Below are positions 27,278-35,909 of a stretch of DNA of 48,655 nucleotides, in pieces. The notes under the pieces were generated by a model. It did not search any database, was not told the origin of the DNA, and was given only the letters and a program-made list of their open reading frames with translations. The position numbers and the translations under genes are program-made. Location: contig PSMS01000001.1 of the NCBI GenBank assembly GCA_040290225.1, positions 1 to 48,655 of the forward strand, written 5' to 3'. Source of the DNA: Patescibacteria group bacterium (lineage in GTDB: Bacteria; Patescibacteriota; Minisyncoccia; UBA6257; HR35). Every line of letters begins with the position of its first letter. Position 1 is the stretch's first letter.

Positions 27278-27784
27278 TTATTGAATGATTAATAATTGGT
27301 TTTCCGACCTTTTGATATTATTTATTTTAAACTTTGAATTTTTATTTTTTTGAAACTTCGGAAGATTAAGATCAAATAAAGAAATAATAACTTTAGGATG
27401 GAAATGGTTTATAATTTTTTCGATTGTAATTTTTTCTCCAAGAAAAATAATATCTATCTCTTTAGTTAAATTTTTTATTTTTTTAAGAGTTTCTTCGCTT
27501 GGAAAGGATTTTAAATAATAAAGCCAATTTTCTTCAAATTTAAACAAAAATGAAATGAATTTGTCATCTTTAAAAGCATAAATAAATACATTATCAACAT
27601 TATACTCGCCTGGAAAGTTAAAAATTCTATCAATATTTTTGTTCCTTGAAAAATCTGTTAAAATATAAACATATCCCTCTTTTTCTCTAATGTGAGGGGG
27701 ATCAAAAACAAAATTAAGGTTGTTTATTTTAAAAACTATATTAGAACCTTCTTTAAAAATTTCCATTATTTTTAATTTTATCAT
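27278..27784 (-). CDS. Hypothetical protein, possibly a degenerate metallo-beta-lactamase-like fold without the HxHxDH motif
   Basis: Only a weak resemblance (FPGEYNVDNVFIYAF). No catalytic motif seen. Confidence 0.35.
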   Translation of the reverse strand: MIKLKIMEIFKEGSNIVFKINNLNFVFDPPHIREKEGYVYILTDFSRNKNIDRIFNFPGEYNVDNVFIYAFKDDKFISFLFKFEENWLYYLKSFPSEETLKKIKNLTKEIDIIFLGEKITIEKIINHFHPKVIISLFDLNLPKFQKNKNSKFKINNIKRSENQLLIIQ

Positions 27785-27796
27785 AAAATTAAACTA

Positions 27797-28876
27797 ATGA
27801 AAACAATGATCAATCAACAAAATAAAATAAAAATTAATAATGTAAAAAATTTAAATTTTAATACTGTCTACGAAGGAGTTGTTATTAATAAGAAAAAGGG
27901 AGAACTTTATGTTGATTTAAGTCCTTTTGGTATTGGCCGTCTTTTTGGTATGTACTATCTTCAATGCCAAGATATTGCTCAAAAAGTAAATGTTGGTGAT
28001 AAAATTGGTGTTCAAATTATTGGTTTAGATGATAGCTATGGTAATTTAAAAATTATTCTTAAAGATATAAGACAAATAGATAAGTGGCAAAGAATTTTAG
28101 AGTGTCAACAAAGCAAAAAAATTTTAGAACTTGAACCAAAAGAAGCTAACAGAGGAGGATTAATAATTGAATTAGAAGGAATTCAAGGGTTTTTGCCTGT
28201 TTCCCAATTAACGCCAGAAAATTATCCTCGGGTAATTAGTAATAATAAAGATCAAATTCTAGATCATTTAAAAAAATTAATTGGTAAAAAACTTCAAGTA
28301 AGAATTTGGATTGCTGATCCGGTAAAAAATAAATTAGTATTTTCTGAAAAATTAGCTAAACAAGAAATTTACGAAAAAATTTTATCTCAATTTCAGGTTG
28401 GACAAATAATTGAGGTAAAAGTTGTCGGTTATGGTCCTTTTGGTCTTTTTGTTAGATTTCACGAAAATCCAGCTATGGATGGTTTAATTCATCTTTCAGA
28501 AATACCAAACGAATTAGCTTCAGATTTACAAACTAATTTCCCCTTAGGTAAAGTAATAAAAGCAAAGTTAGTTCAATTAAAAATCGATAAAGTTAATTTT
28601 ACTCTTAAAGACTTAAGACCAGATCCTTGGTTATTTATTGAAGACTACTTCAAAGAAAATAATGTTACTAAAGGAATCTTGAAAGAAAAAAATAATATTT
28701 TTGGTGTGGTAGAAGTAAAGGTTGCTGATATTGGAGAAATAAATGGTTTTGTTTTTGAAGGAATAGAAAATTTAGAAATAGGGAAAGAATATGATTTCTT
28801 AATTGAAAAAATTAATCCGAAAGAGAGAAACCTTATTTTAAAACCAGTAGAAAATGCTCAAATCAGACAAAATTAA
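27797..28876 (+). CDS. rpsA: S1 RNA-binding-domain repeat protein (short ribosomal protein S1-like)
   Basis: Four S1-like units, e.g. YEGVVINKKKGELYVDLSPFGIGRL, GLIIELEGIQGFLPVSQL, VGQIIEVKVVGYGPFGLFVRF...GLIHLSEI and TKGILKEKNNIFGVVEV. Confidence 0.75.
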   Translation: MKTMINQQNKIKINNVKNLNFNTVYEGVVINKKKGELYVDLSPFGIGRLFGMYYLQCQDIAQKVNVGDKIGVQIIGLDDSYGNLKIILKDIRQIDKWQRILECQQSKKILELEPKEANRGGLIIELEGIQGFLPVSQLTPENYPRVISNNKDQILDHLKKLIGKKLQVRIWIADPVKNKLVFSEKLAKQEIYEKILSQFQVGQIIEVKVVGYGPFGLFVRFHENPAMDGLIHLSEIPNELASDLQTNFPLGKVIKAKLVQLKIDKVNFTLKDLRPDPWLFIEDYFKENNVTKGILKEKNNIFGVVEVKVADIGEINGFVFEGIENLEIGKEYDFLIEKINPKERNLILKPVENAQIRQN

Positions 28877-30662
28877 ATATTTAGTTATCTTACTTTCTTT
28901 ATTTTTATTTTTGTTCATTTTACTTACCGGTGAAAGAAAAATAAATGAATCAAGAGAAATTTCTTTTGTTTATTTTTTAGAACAAGTAAAAAATAATCAA
29001 GTCAAAGAAATAAATTTAAAATCTGAAAATGAAATAATTTTTAAAACAAAAAATAATGAAATTTTTATAACCTCTAAAGATCCAAATTCAAGTTTATGGG
29101 AAATTTTTGATAAAGAAAAAATTCCTAAAGAAAATTATTTAAAAATAAAAATTTCAAAAATAGATGGAAGTGATTGGAAACAAATTTTAATAACTTTAAT
29201 TGTTAATTTTGTTCCTGTAATAATTATTGGTTGGCTTCTTTGGCAAATATTTAAACAAACACAAAGAGGCGCGAGTCAAATTCTATCCTTTGGTAAATCA
29301 GGAATAAAGGTTTATGACCCTAATGATCCAAATCGAGTTACTTTCAAAGATGTTGCTAATTTAGAAGAAGCAAAACAAGAATTACAAGAGGTTATTGAAT
29401 TTTTAAAAAATCCTGAAAAATTTCTAAAAATTGGAGCTAGAATTCCAAGAGGAGTTTTATTAGTAGGAGCGCCGGGAACCGGAAAAACGCTTTTAGCACG
29501 CGCTTGTGCTGCCGAAGCCGGTGTTTTATTTTTTTATATCTCTGGTTCTGAATTTGTTGAACTCTTTGCTGGAATTGGTGCAAGTAGAGTTCGCGATGCT
29601 TTTGCTGTTGCCAAAAAAAATCAACCTTGCATTTTATTCATTGATGAATTGGATGCTATTGGAAGAGTCAGAGGATCAGGAATTAGTGGTGTTCATGAAG
29701 AAAGAGAACAAACATTAAATCAAATTTTAGTTGAAATGGATGGATTTGAAAAAACAACAAAAGTGGTAGTTCTGGCAGCTACTAATCGTCCTGATGTTTT
29801 GGATCCAGCTCTTTTAAGACCAGGAAGGTTTGATCGAAAAATAGTTTTAGATTTACCTGATATTAAAGCCAGGGAAGAAATTTTGAAAATTCATTTAAAA
29901 GATAAAAAGGTAGGAAAAATTAATTTAAAACAAATTGCGCAAAGAACTCCTGGATTTTCAGGAGCAGATTTAGCTAATTTATGCAATGAGGCTGCAATTT
30001 TGGCTGCCCGAAGAAATAAAGAATATATCACTCAAAAAGAATTATTAGATGCTATTGAAAAAGTTTTATTAGGACCAGAAAGAAAAACAAAAGTTTATAC
30101 TAAAAAAGAAAAAGAAATTGCTGCTTATCATGAAGCTGGTCACGCTATTGTTGCTCATTATCTTCCTTATGCTAGTAAAGTTCAAAAAGTTTCAATTATT
30201 GCCCGTTCCCGTGCTGGTGGTTATACTCTCAAACTACCAACTGAAGAAAAGAACTTTTATTTCAAAAAAGAATTTTTAGATGAATTAGCTTCAATTTTGG
30301 GCGGTTATGCTGCTGAAAAATTAATTTTTAAAGATGTAACTACTGGAGCCCAAAATGACTTAGAAATTGCTACTAATTTAGCTAAACAATTAGTTATTCG
30401 TTTTGGAATGTCAGAAAAATTAGGACCAGTTTCTTTTACAAAATCTCAAACTCCTTTACTCGAATTTTATGAAAGAGAATTTTCAGAAAAAACAGCAGAA
30501 ATCATTGACGAAGAAGTTAGAAATTTAATCAATCAAGCTCTTGAAAGAGCAACTAAAGTTTTAGAAGAAAGAAAAGAAAAATTAGAAAAAGTTGCTCAAG
30601 TTTTGATCAAAAAAGAAGTCATCGAAAAAAAAGAATTTGAAAGACTCCTTGCCTCCAATTAA
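28854..30662 (+). CDS. ftsH: ATP-dependent zinc metalloprotease FtsH
   Basis: Two N-terminal TMs, Walker A GAPGTGKT, Walker B ILFIDELD, the second region of homology ATNRPDVLDPALLRPGRFDR, and HEAGHA. Confidence 0.95.
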   Translation: MLKSDKIKYLVILLSLFLFLFILLTGERKINESREISFVYFLEQVKNNQVKEINLKSENEIIFKTKNNEIFITSKDPNSSLWEIFDKEKIPKENYLKIKISKIDGSDWKQILITLIVNFVPVIIIGWLLWQIFKQTQRGASQILSFGKSGIKVYDPNDPNRVTFKDVANLEEAKQELQEVIEFLKNPEKFLKIGARIPRGVLLVGAPGTGKTLLARACAAEAGVLFFYISGSEFVELFAGIGASRVRDAFAVAKKNQPCILFIDELDAIGRVRGSGISGVHEEREQTLNQILVEMDGFEKTTKVVVLAATNRPDVLDPALLRPGRFDRKIVLDLPDIKAREEILKIHLKDKKVGKINLKQIAQRTPGFSGADLANLCNEAAILAARRNKEYITQKELLDAIEKVLLGPERKTKVYTKKEKEIAAYHEAGHAIVAHYLPYASKVQKVSIIARSRAGGYTLKLPTEEKNFYFKKEFLDELASILGGYAAEKLIFKDVTTGAQNDLEIATNLAKQLVIRFGMSEKLGPVSFTKSQTPLLEFYEREFSEKTAEIIDEEVRNLINQALERATKVLEERKEKLEKVAQVLIKKEVIEKKEFERLLASN

Positions 30663-30768
30663 TAACTATTTTAATTTTCTAATTTCCTCTTTAAGCCAGT
30701 TTATCTCTTTTTGTTGATTTTCTATTATCTTTTGTTATATAAGAGTCGTGTCAAACTTAACTTACTGG

Positions 30769-31554
30769 TTATTGATTACAACAAATCCTGGGATGACACC
30801 ATGTCCATGACGCATTGTAATCAGCCCCCTGAGTATAGGGACAAGTAGCTCCCCCTCCTCTGTCGTAAATATAACCACCCAGACCTTTATCTACCCAACC
30901 ATTAGGGCATGCATTAGCGAAGATGCAAAAAGGACCTTTCCCACCAGTAAATTTAAGTGTTCCATTAACCTCCAATCTTGCTGTAGGATTCGTCGTCCCG
31001 ATGCCAACGTTGCCAGTTGGTAAAATAGTCAATACTGAAACTATGTCTGGATACTTATAAAGGGAGAGTGAATTAGGTGGAACCCCCCATCCTCCACCAA
31101 CGGGTGCCGTCCACATTACCCATCTTATCGTACCCCCACCAGAACTTCTTGATTCCCATGCAAAACCAGCTAAACCTGGAGTATTATCATTAGCTGGGAA
31201 TGTTCTTGTTTTTATAACACCCTCTACATGTAATTTATCAGTGGGTGCCGTCGTCCCGATGCCAACGTTGCCGGAAATATAAAGATTATTTTGTCCTCTT
31301 ATATCACCAGCAACATCTAATCTATATTGTGGATTCGTCGTCCCGATGCCAACGTTGCCGTTTTGAACAACCAAATTTCCTGAATTAACAATCGTGCTTG
31401 TTGTTAAAATTAATGGGAAACTGCTTCCTGGTTGAGTTTGAATTAAGCCGCCACCAGAAGGAGGATTTGATGTTGGATTAACCCAAGCATACAAAAAATA
31501 ATAATTTAAAGAAACTAATATTCCTAATAAAAATCCAATTATCAATCCTCTCAT
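30769..31554 (-). CDS. Exported GNVGIGTT-repeat protein (tail-fibre-like repeats) with a Cys-rich C-terminal domain
   Basis: N-terminal hydrophobic anchor MRGLIIGFLLGILVSLNYYFLYA, then WVNPTSNPPSGG. Three repeats follow: GNVGIGTT(N/A)P...(K/R)L.V. The C-terminus CIFANACPNGW...CPYTQG...WCHPRICC has 6 Cys. GC content is visibly higher than in neighbouring genes. Confidence 0.7.
   Translation of the reverse strand: MRGLIIGFLLGILVSLNYYFLYAWVNPTSNPPSGGGLIQTQPGSSFPLILTTSTIVNSGNLVVQNGNVGIGTTNPQYRLDVAGDIRGQNNLYISGNVGIGTTAPTDKLHVEGVIKTRTFPANDNTPGLAGFAWESRSSGGGTIRWVMWTAPVGGGWGVPPNSLSLYKYPDIVSVLTILPTGNVGIGTTNPTARLEVNGTLKFTGGKGPFCIFANACPNGWVDKGLGGYIYDRGGGATCPYTQGADYNASWTWCHPRICCNQ
30986..31359. repeat. 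Three perfect copies of CGTCGTCCCGATGCCAACGTTGCC (30991-31014, 31249-31272, 31336-31359); copies 1 and 3 are identical over 29 nt
   Basis: Read directly. Spacings of 258 and 87 nt are both multiples of 3. On the coding strand the repeat is GGC AAC GTT GGC ATC GGG ACG ACG. Confidence 0.9.
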
Positions 31555-31689
31555 TTTTTACAATTATATAAAAAGACAATATTATTTCAAATATTTTATG
31601 TTGAAAAAATTTAAAAAATACCTCCTTAAAAATAGTCTAAAAATGTGGTAAAATTATTATTAATTTGATTTTTTTATTTTGGGACAAAA

Positions 31690-33609
31690 ATGATAAATAA
31701 AAGCTCATCTTATAAAGCAGAAGATATTCAAGTTTTAGAAGGAATAGAGGCTGTTAGAAAAAGACCAGGAATGTATATTGGAGGAACAGGTCTTGATGGC
31801 TTACATCATTTAATTTGGGAAGTAGTCAATAATTCTTTTGATGAAGCTTTAGCTGGTTATGTAAAAAATATTGAAGTAAGAATAGAAAAAGAAAATAGAG
31901 TTGTAGTTATTGATGATGGTCGCGGTATTCCTGTTGATATTCATCCTAAAACAAAAAAATCTGCTCTGGAAACTGTTTTAACAATGCTTCATGCTGGAGG
32001 AAAATTCAATCAAAAAACCTACAAGATATCAGGAGGTCTTCACGGAGTTGGTGTTTCAGTTGTTAATGCTTTATCTAAATATTTAAAAGCAATTATTAAA
32101 AGGGATGGTTATGAATGGAGACAAGAATATAAAAAGGGAAGACCAATAACAGCTCTAGAAAAAATAAGAAAGACAACTGAAACCGGAACAACTATTATTT
32201 TTGAACCTGATCCTGAAATTTTTCCAGAAATAAAATTTGATCGTCAAAAAATTTTAGAATATTTACGGCATCAAGCTTATTTAACTCCAGGAGTAAGAGT
32301 AAATTTTATTGATGAAAGAGATAAAGAACCATTTTATTATAGTTTTTATTTTGAAAAAGGTCTTCAAGTTTTTATTAAACATTTAGTTAATGGAAGACAT
32401 TTATTGTTTAACGATTTTATTGAAATTTATGATAAAAGTGAAAATTATGAACTTGGAATAATTTTTACTTATTTAGAGCACCAAGAAACAATTGAATATA
32501 CTTTTACCAATAATATTATTAATCCTGAAGGAGGAACTCATTTACAAGGATTTCGTTCTGGACTTTTAAAAGCTGTTTTAAAAGTTGGTGAAGAATTAAA
32601 TTTATTGAAAAATAAAAATAATGTTAATTTGACAATTGAAGATTTAAGAGGTGGTTTGGTTTTAATTTTGTCTTTAAAAATTCCTGAACCTCAATTTGAA
32701 GGACAAACAAAATCAAAACTGGGAAATCCTGAAGTAAAAAGTTTAGTTGAAAATATTGTTTTTTCAAAAACTGAAGAATGGTTTCATAAAAATCAAGATA
32801 AAGCAAAATTAATTATTAATAGAATCTTAACAAATTTTGAGGCAAGAAAAGCAGCTAAACAAGCAAAAGAAGCTGTTTTGAAAAAAAGAATTCAAAGTAA
32901 TTTAGTTTTATCAGGAAAATTAGCTGATTGTTCTTCAAAAGATCCAGAAAAAAGAGAATTATTTATTGTTGAAGGTGATTCAGCTGGTGGTTCAGCAAAG
33001 CAGGCAAGAGATCGAACCCTCCAAGCTGTTTTGCCTTTAAGAGGAAAAATTTTAAATGTTGAAAAAGCAAGTATGATAAAAATTTTACAATCTCAAGAAA
33101 TTAAAAATTTAATTATAGCTTTGGGAACTGGTTTTGGTAAAGATTTTAATTTAGAAAATTTAAGATATTCAAAAATAATTATTGCTACTGATGCGGACAC
33201 AGACGGTTCTCATATTAGAACTTTGCTTTTAACACTATTTTACAGATATTTTAGACCGATAATTGAAAATGGTCATCTTTTTATTGCTCAACCTCCACTT
33301 TACAAAATTAAAATCGGAAAAGAAACTTATTACGCCTATAATGATTCTGAAAAAGAAAAAATTGTTAATGAATTAAATAAGAAAAAACAAAATATTGAAA
33401 TTCAAAGATATAAAGGATTAGGAGAAATGAATCCTCAAGAACTTTGGGAAACAACTTTGAATCCTGAAAAAAGGGTTTTAAAACAAGTAACAATTAAAGA
33501 TGCTGAAGAAGCCGATAAATTATTTTCAATTTTAATGGGCCAAGATGTTGAACCTCGAAAAAAGTTTATCGAAAATTACGCCTCAGAAGTTCAAAATTTG
33601 GATATTTAA
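31690..33609 (+). CDS. gyrB: DNA gyrase subunit B
   Basis: LEGIEAVRKRPGMYIGG, HHLIWEVVNNSFDEA, GGLHGVG, the Toprim motif EGDSAGGSA, and DADTDGSHI. Confidence 0.96.
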   Translation: MINKSSSYKAEDIQVLEGIEAVRKRPGMYIGGTGLDGLHHLIWEVVNNSFDEALAGYVKNIEVRIEKENRVVVIDDGRGIPVDIHPKTKKSALETVLTMLHAGGKFNQKTYKISGGLHGVGVSVVNALSKYLKAIIKRDGYEWRQEYKKGRPITALEKIRKTTETGTTIIFEPDPEIFPEIKFDRQKILEYLRHQAYLTPGVRVNFIDERDKEPFYYSFYFEKGLQVFIKHLVNGRHLLFNDFIEIYDKSENYELGIIFTYLEHQETIEYTFTNNIINPEGGTHLQGFRSGLLKAVLKVGEELNLLKNKNNVNLTIEDLRGGLVLILSLKIPEPQFEGQTKSKLGNPEVKSLVENIVFSKTEEWFHKNQDKAKLIINRILTNFEARKAAKQAKEAVLKKRIQSNLVLSGKLADCSSKDPEKRELFIVEGDSAGGSAKQARDRTLQAVLPLRGKILNVEKASMIKILQSQEIKNLIIALGTGFGKDFNLENLRYSKIIIATDADTDGSHIRTLLLTLFYRYFRPIIENGHLFIAQPPLYKIKIGKETYYAYNDSEKEKIVNELNKKKQNIEIQRYKGLGEMNPQELWETTLNPEKRVLKQVTIKDAEEADKLFSILMGQDVEPRKKFIENYASEVQNLDI

Positions 33610-34171
33610 AGAATTTCCTTATTTTGCTTTTAGTTTTTTATTAGCTATTTTTTATTTATTAAAAATTATTTCTAATTGGTTCTTTTTTCTTCCCTTAATT
33701 TTATCCTTTTTTATTTCTTGGCACTTTAGAAGTTCGTTCTTTCAATCATTTTTGTTTTTTTCTTTTTATTTAATTCTTTATCTTCACCCAACAATTAATT
33801 TTTTTATTTTTTTCATTTTAGTTTTCTTTTCTTCTTATTTTTATTTTAAAAAATTAAAGTATTCTGATTTTTGCTTAGTTTTAATTAATAGTTTTTATTT
33901 AAATTATTTGTTATTTAAAGCTAATTTCAGTTTTAATCTAATCTTTTTAATTTTTCTTTTATTTTTAACTTATTATTTTTACTTTTTCGGAAATAAAAAA
34001 CTTGAAGAATCAATCATTTCGGTTATAATATTTTTAGAATTCTTTTTAATTTTTTATCTCAACAATTTTAATTTTTACCTTTTTACTTTTTTGATTTTTT
34101 TAATTCTTTATCTTTTACGATTTAAGCTAAATTTTATTATAATTAACAATAATGAAGGAAAGAAAAATTAA
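33545..34171 (+). CDS. Polytopic Phe/Leu-rich membrane protein, unknown function (start uncertain; the track start overlaps the gyrB 3' end by 65 nt)
   Basis: A 208-codon open frame in a very T-rich stretch. About 6 hydrophobic segments. No recognisable motif. Confidence 0.4.
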   Translation: MLNLEKSLSKITPQKFKIWIFKEFPYFAFSFLLAIFYLLKIISNWFFFLPLILSFFISWHFRSSFFQSFLFFSFYLILYLHPTINFFIFFILVFFSSYFYFKKLKYSDFCLVLINSFYLNYLLFKANFSFNLIFLIFLLFLTYYFYFFGNKKLEESIISVIIFLEFFLIFYLNNFNFYLFTFLIFLILYLLRFKLNFIIINNNEGKKN

Positions 34172-34766
34172 AAACCAACTAGTTCCAATTGTTATCGAAA
34201 AAACCCCTCAAGGTGAAAGAGCTTACGATATTTATTCAAGACTTTTGAAAGAAAGAATTGTTTTTTTAGGAACTCCAATCACTGATGAGATAGCTAATTT
34301 AATAATTGCTCAACTTTTATTTCTTGAACATGAAGATGCCGAAAAACCAATTTATTTTTACATCAATAGTCCAGGAGGAGATGTTAGTGCTGCTTTAGCT
34401 ATTTATGATACAATGCAATATATCAAATCAGAAGTTCATACTATTGGGATAGGTCTTGTTGCTTCAGCGGCAGCAATTTTAATGGCAGCCGGAGCTAAAG
34501 GAAAAAGATTTTCATTACCAAATACCGAATTTTTAATTCATCAAGTAATTGTTGCTCCTCCGGGAATATCTGGTCAAGTAAAAGATGTTGAAATTATGAC
34601 CAATCAATTAATTAAAATAAAAAACAAAGTAAATAATATTTTGGCTAAGCACACTGGGCAACCTTTAGAAAAAATAGAGAAAGATACTGATCGAGATTTT
34701 TGGATGTCAGCCCAAGAAGCTAAAGATTATGGTTTGATTGATAAAATTATTGAAAAAAGGGCTTAA
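34152..34766 (+). CDS. clpP: ATP-dependent Clp protease proteolytic subunit
   Basis: [41 protein letters not shown] (Ser nucleophile) and LIHQ. Confidence 0.95.
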   Translation: MKERKIKNQLVPIVIEKTPQGERAYDIYSRLLKERIVFLGTPITDEIANLIIAQLLFLEHEDAEKPIYFYINSPGGDVSAALAIYDTMQYIKSEVHTIGIGLVASAAAILMAAGAKGKRFSLPNTEFLIHQVIVAPPGISGQVKDVEIMTNQLIKIKNKVNNILAKHTGQPLEKIEKDTDRDFWMSAQEAKDYGLIDKIIEKRA

Positions 34767-34778
34767 ATATTAAATTTA

Positions 34779-34787
34779 TGTTATAAT
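34779..34787 (+). promoter_or_regulatory. Extended -10 element TGtTATAAT, 10 nt upstream of tRNA-Asp
   Basis: tatgTTATAATaattttgtt, then GCGGGCG. I see no good -35. Confidence 0.35.
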
Positions 34788-34796
34788 AATTTTGTT

Positions 34797-34870
34797 GCGG
34801 GCGTAGCTCAGTCGGTTAGAGCGCCGGCCTGTCACGCCGGAGGTCGCCGGTTCAAGTCCGGTCGCCCGCG
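34797..34870 (+). tRNA. tRNA-Asp (anticodon GUC)
   Basis: GCGGGCGTAGCTCAGTCGGTTAGAGCGCCGGCCTGTCACGCCGGAGGTCGCCGGTTCAAGTCCGGTCGCCCGCG. The anticodon loop is CT-GTC-AC. Confidence 0.9.
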
Positions 34871-34874
34871 CTTG

Positions 34875-34946
34875 GCGCGCGTAGCTCAGTGGTAGAGCGC
34901 GGTCCTGATAAGACCGAGGTCGGAGGTTCGATCCCTCCCGCGCGCA
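34875..34946 (+). tRNA. tRNA-Ile (anticodon GAU)
   Basis: GCGCGCGTAGCTCAGTGGTAGAGCGCGGTCCTGATAAGACCGAGGTCGGAGGTTCGATCCCTCCCGCGCGCA. The anticodon loop is CT-GAT-AA. Confidence 0.9.
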
Positions 34947-34947
34947 T

Positions 34948-35032
34948 GCCCGGGTGGCGGAATTGGCAGACGCAGCAGACTTAAAATCTGCTGGCCCTAT
35001 GGGCCGTGAGGGTTCGAGTCCCTCCCCGGGCA
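34948..35032 (+). tRNA. tRNA-Leu (anticodon UAA), long variable arm
   Basis: GCCCGGGTGGCGGAATTGGCAGACGCAGCAGACTTAAAATCTGCTGGCCCTATGGGCCGTGAGGGTTCGAGTCCCTCCCCGGGCA. The anticodon loop is CT-TAA-AA. Confidence 0.9.
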
Positions 35033-35045
35033 CATTCTAATTTAA

Positions 35046-35798
35046 ATGAAAAAATTTTTAATAATTTTATTTATTTTAATTGTTGTTTTGACTATAATAT
35101 TTTTGATTATTAATTTTAAAAGTAAAAAAATGGAGGTAAAGAAAATTGATTTTTTAACTTCAGATGGAGTAAAAATAGTTGCCAATTATTACCCAAATAA
35201 AAATGCTAAATTTGCTGGAATTTTAATTCATATGAGACCAAAAACAAAAGAAAGCTATGAAAAATTTGCTCGTTATTTACAAGAAAAAAATTTCAGTTTA
35301 CTAGCTTTAGATTTAAGAGGCCATGGAGAAAGTAGAGAATCTCCATGGGGCTATTTAGATTACAATCAATTTTCTGAAGATGAAGAAAAAAAATCAATTA
35401 AAGACCTAGAAGCAGCTAGTAATTTTTTAGAGAAAGAAGGTTTTTCTCAGGAAAGACAATTTTTAGTTGGTGCTAGCATCGGAGCTAATCTTTCCTTTCA
35501 ATTTATATCTGAAAACGAAAAAATAAAAGCAGCTGTTTTGCTTTCTCCTGGTTATAATTATCGAGGAATAATTTTAGACAATTTTTATAAAAAAGGTTTA
35601 GATAATAAATTAATGATTATTTCCTCGAAAGATGATCAAGAAATGGCTTTGAGGGGTTTTAACTGGTTTAAAGAAAAATATCCAAGCTCAACATTTATTT
35701 TTTTAGAAAAAGGTGGACATGGAACAAATTATTTTGATTTTTATCCAGAATTAATGGATAAAATTTATTCCTGGCTTTTAGAAAAACTATCTTTGTAA
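35046..35798 (+). CDS. Membrane-anchored alpha/beta-fold hydrolase
   Basis: N-terminal TM (FLIILFILIVVLTIIFLII), LDLRGHGES, nucleophile elbow GASIGAN, and a C-terminal GGHG. Confidence 0.7.
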   Translation: MKKFLIILFILIVVLTIIFLIINFKSKKMEVKKIDFLTSDGVKIVANYYPNKNAKFAGILIHMRPKTKESYEKFARYLQEKNFSLLALDLRGHGESRESPWGYLDYNQFSEDEEKKSIKDLEAASNFLEKEGFSQERQFLVGASIGANLSFQFISENEKIKAAVLLSPGYNYRGIILDNFYKKGLDNKLMIISSKDDQEMALRGFNWFKEKYPSSTFIFLEKGGHGTNYFDFYPELMDKIYSWLLEKLSL

Positions 35799-35821
35799 AA
35801 AATTAATTTCTATGTTATAAT
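35793..35821 (+). promoter_or_regulatory. Sigma70-type promoter candidate: TTGTAA-17 nt-TATAAT with an extended -10 TG
   Basis: cTTGTAAaaaattaatttctaTGtTATAATt. It lies about 90 nt upstream of the small zinc-ribbon ORF. Confidence 0.45.
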
Positions 35822-35840
35822 TTATTTAACCTCTTCAAAT

Positions 35841-35863
35841 CTCTCTAAAAATTTTTTAGAGAG
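35841..35863. promoter_or_regulatory. Perfect 11+1+11 palindrome CTCTCTAAAAA-T-TTTTTAGAGAG in the putative 5' UTR
   Basis: Read directly. It is not followed by a T-tract on either strand, so it is not a canonical intrinsic terminator. Confidence 0.4.
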
Positions 35864-35909
35864 AAATAATGGGGAGGAAGGTCGTAAAAGTAAAAAATAT
35901 GAGGGGAAA

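Noticed and set aside
30986-31359. Possible CRISPR-like or regulatory repeat (three perfect 24-nt copies)
   Set aside because: The spacing is irregular (258 and 87 nt), both distances are multiples of 3, and all copies encode the same GNVGIGTT peptide in the gene's reading frame. They are coding repeats, not a CRISPR array. The conservation at synonymous sites is still reported as a finding.
34776-35033. 85-aa track ORF on the minus strand
   Set aside because: It lies antisense to the tRNA-Asp/Ile/Leu cluster. It is an artefact of the GC-rich tRNA genes.
35841-35863. The palindrome as an intrinsic terminator for the hydrolase gene
   Set aside because: The stem is AT-rich at its centre with essentially no loop. 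No T-tract follows on either strand, and it lies downstream of a good promoter. A leader or operator role is more plausible, though unproven.
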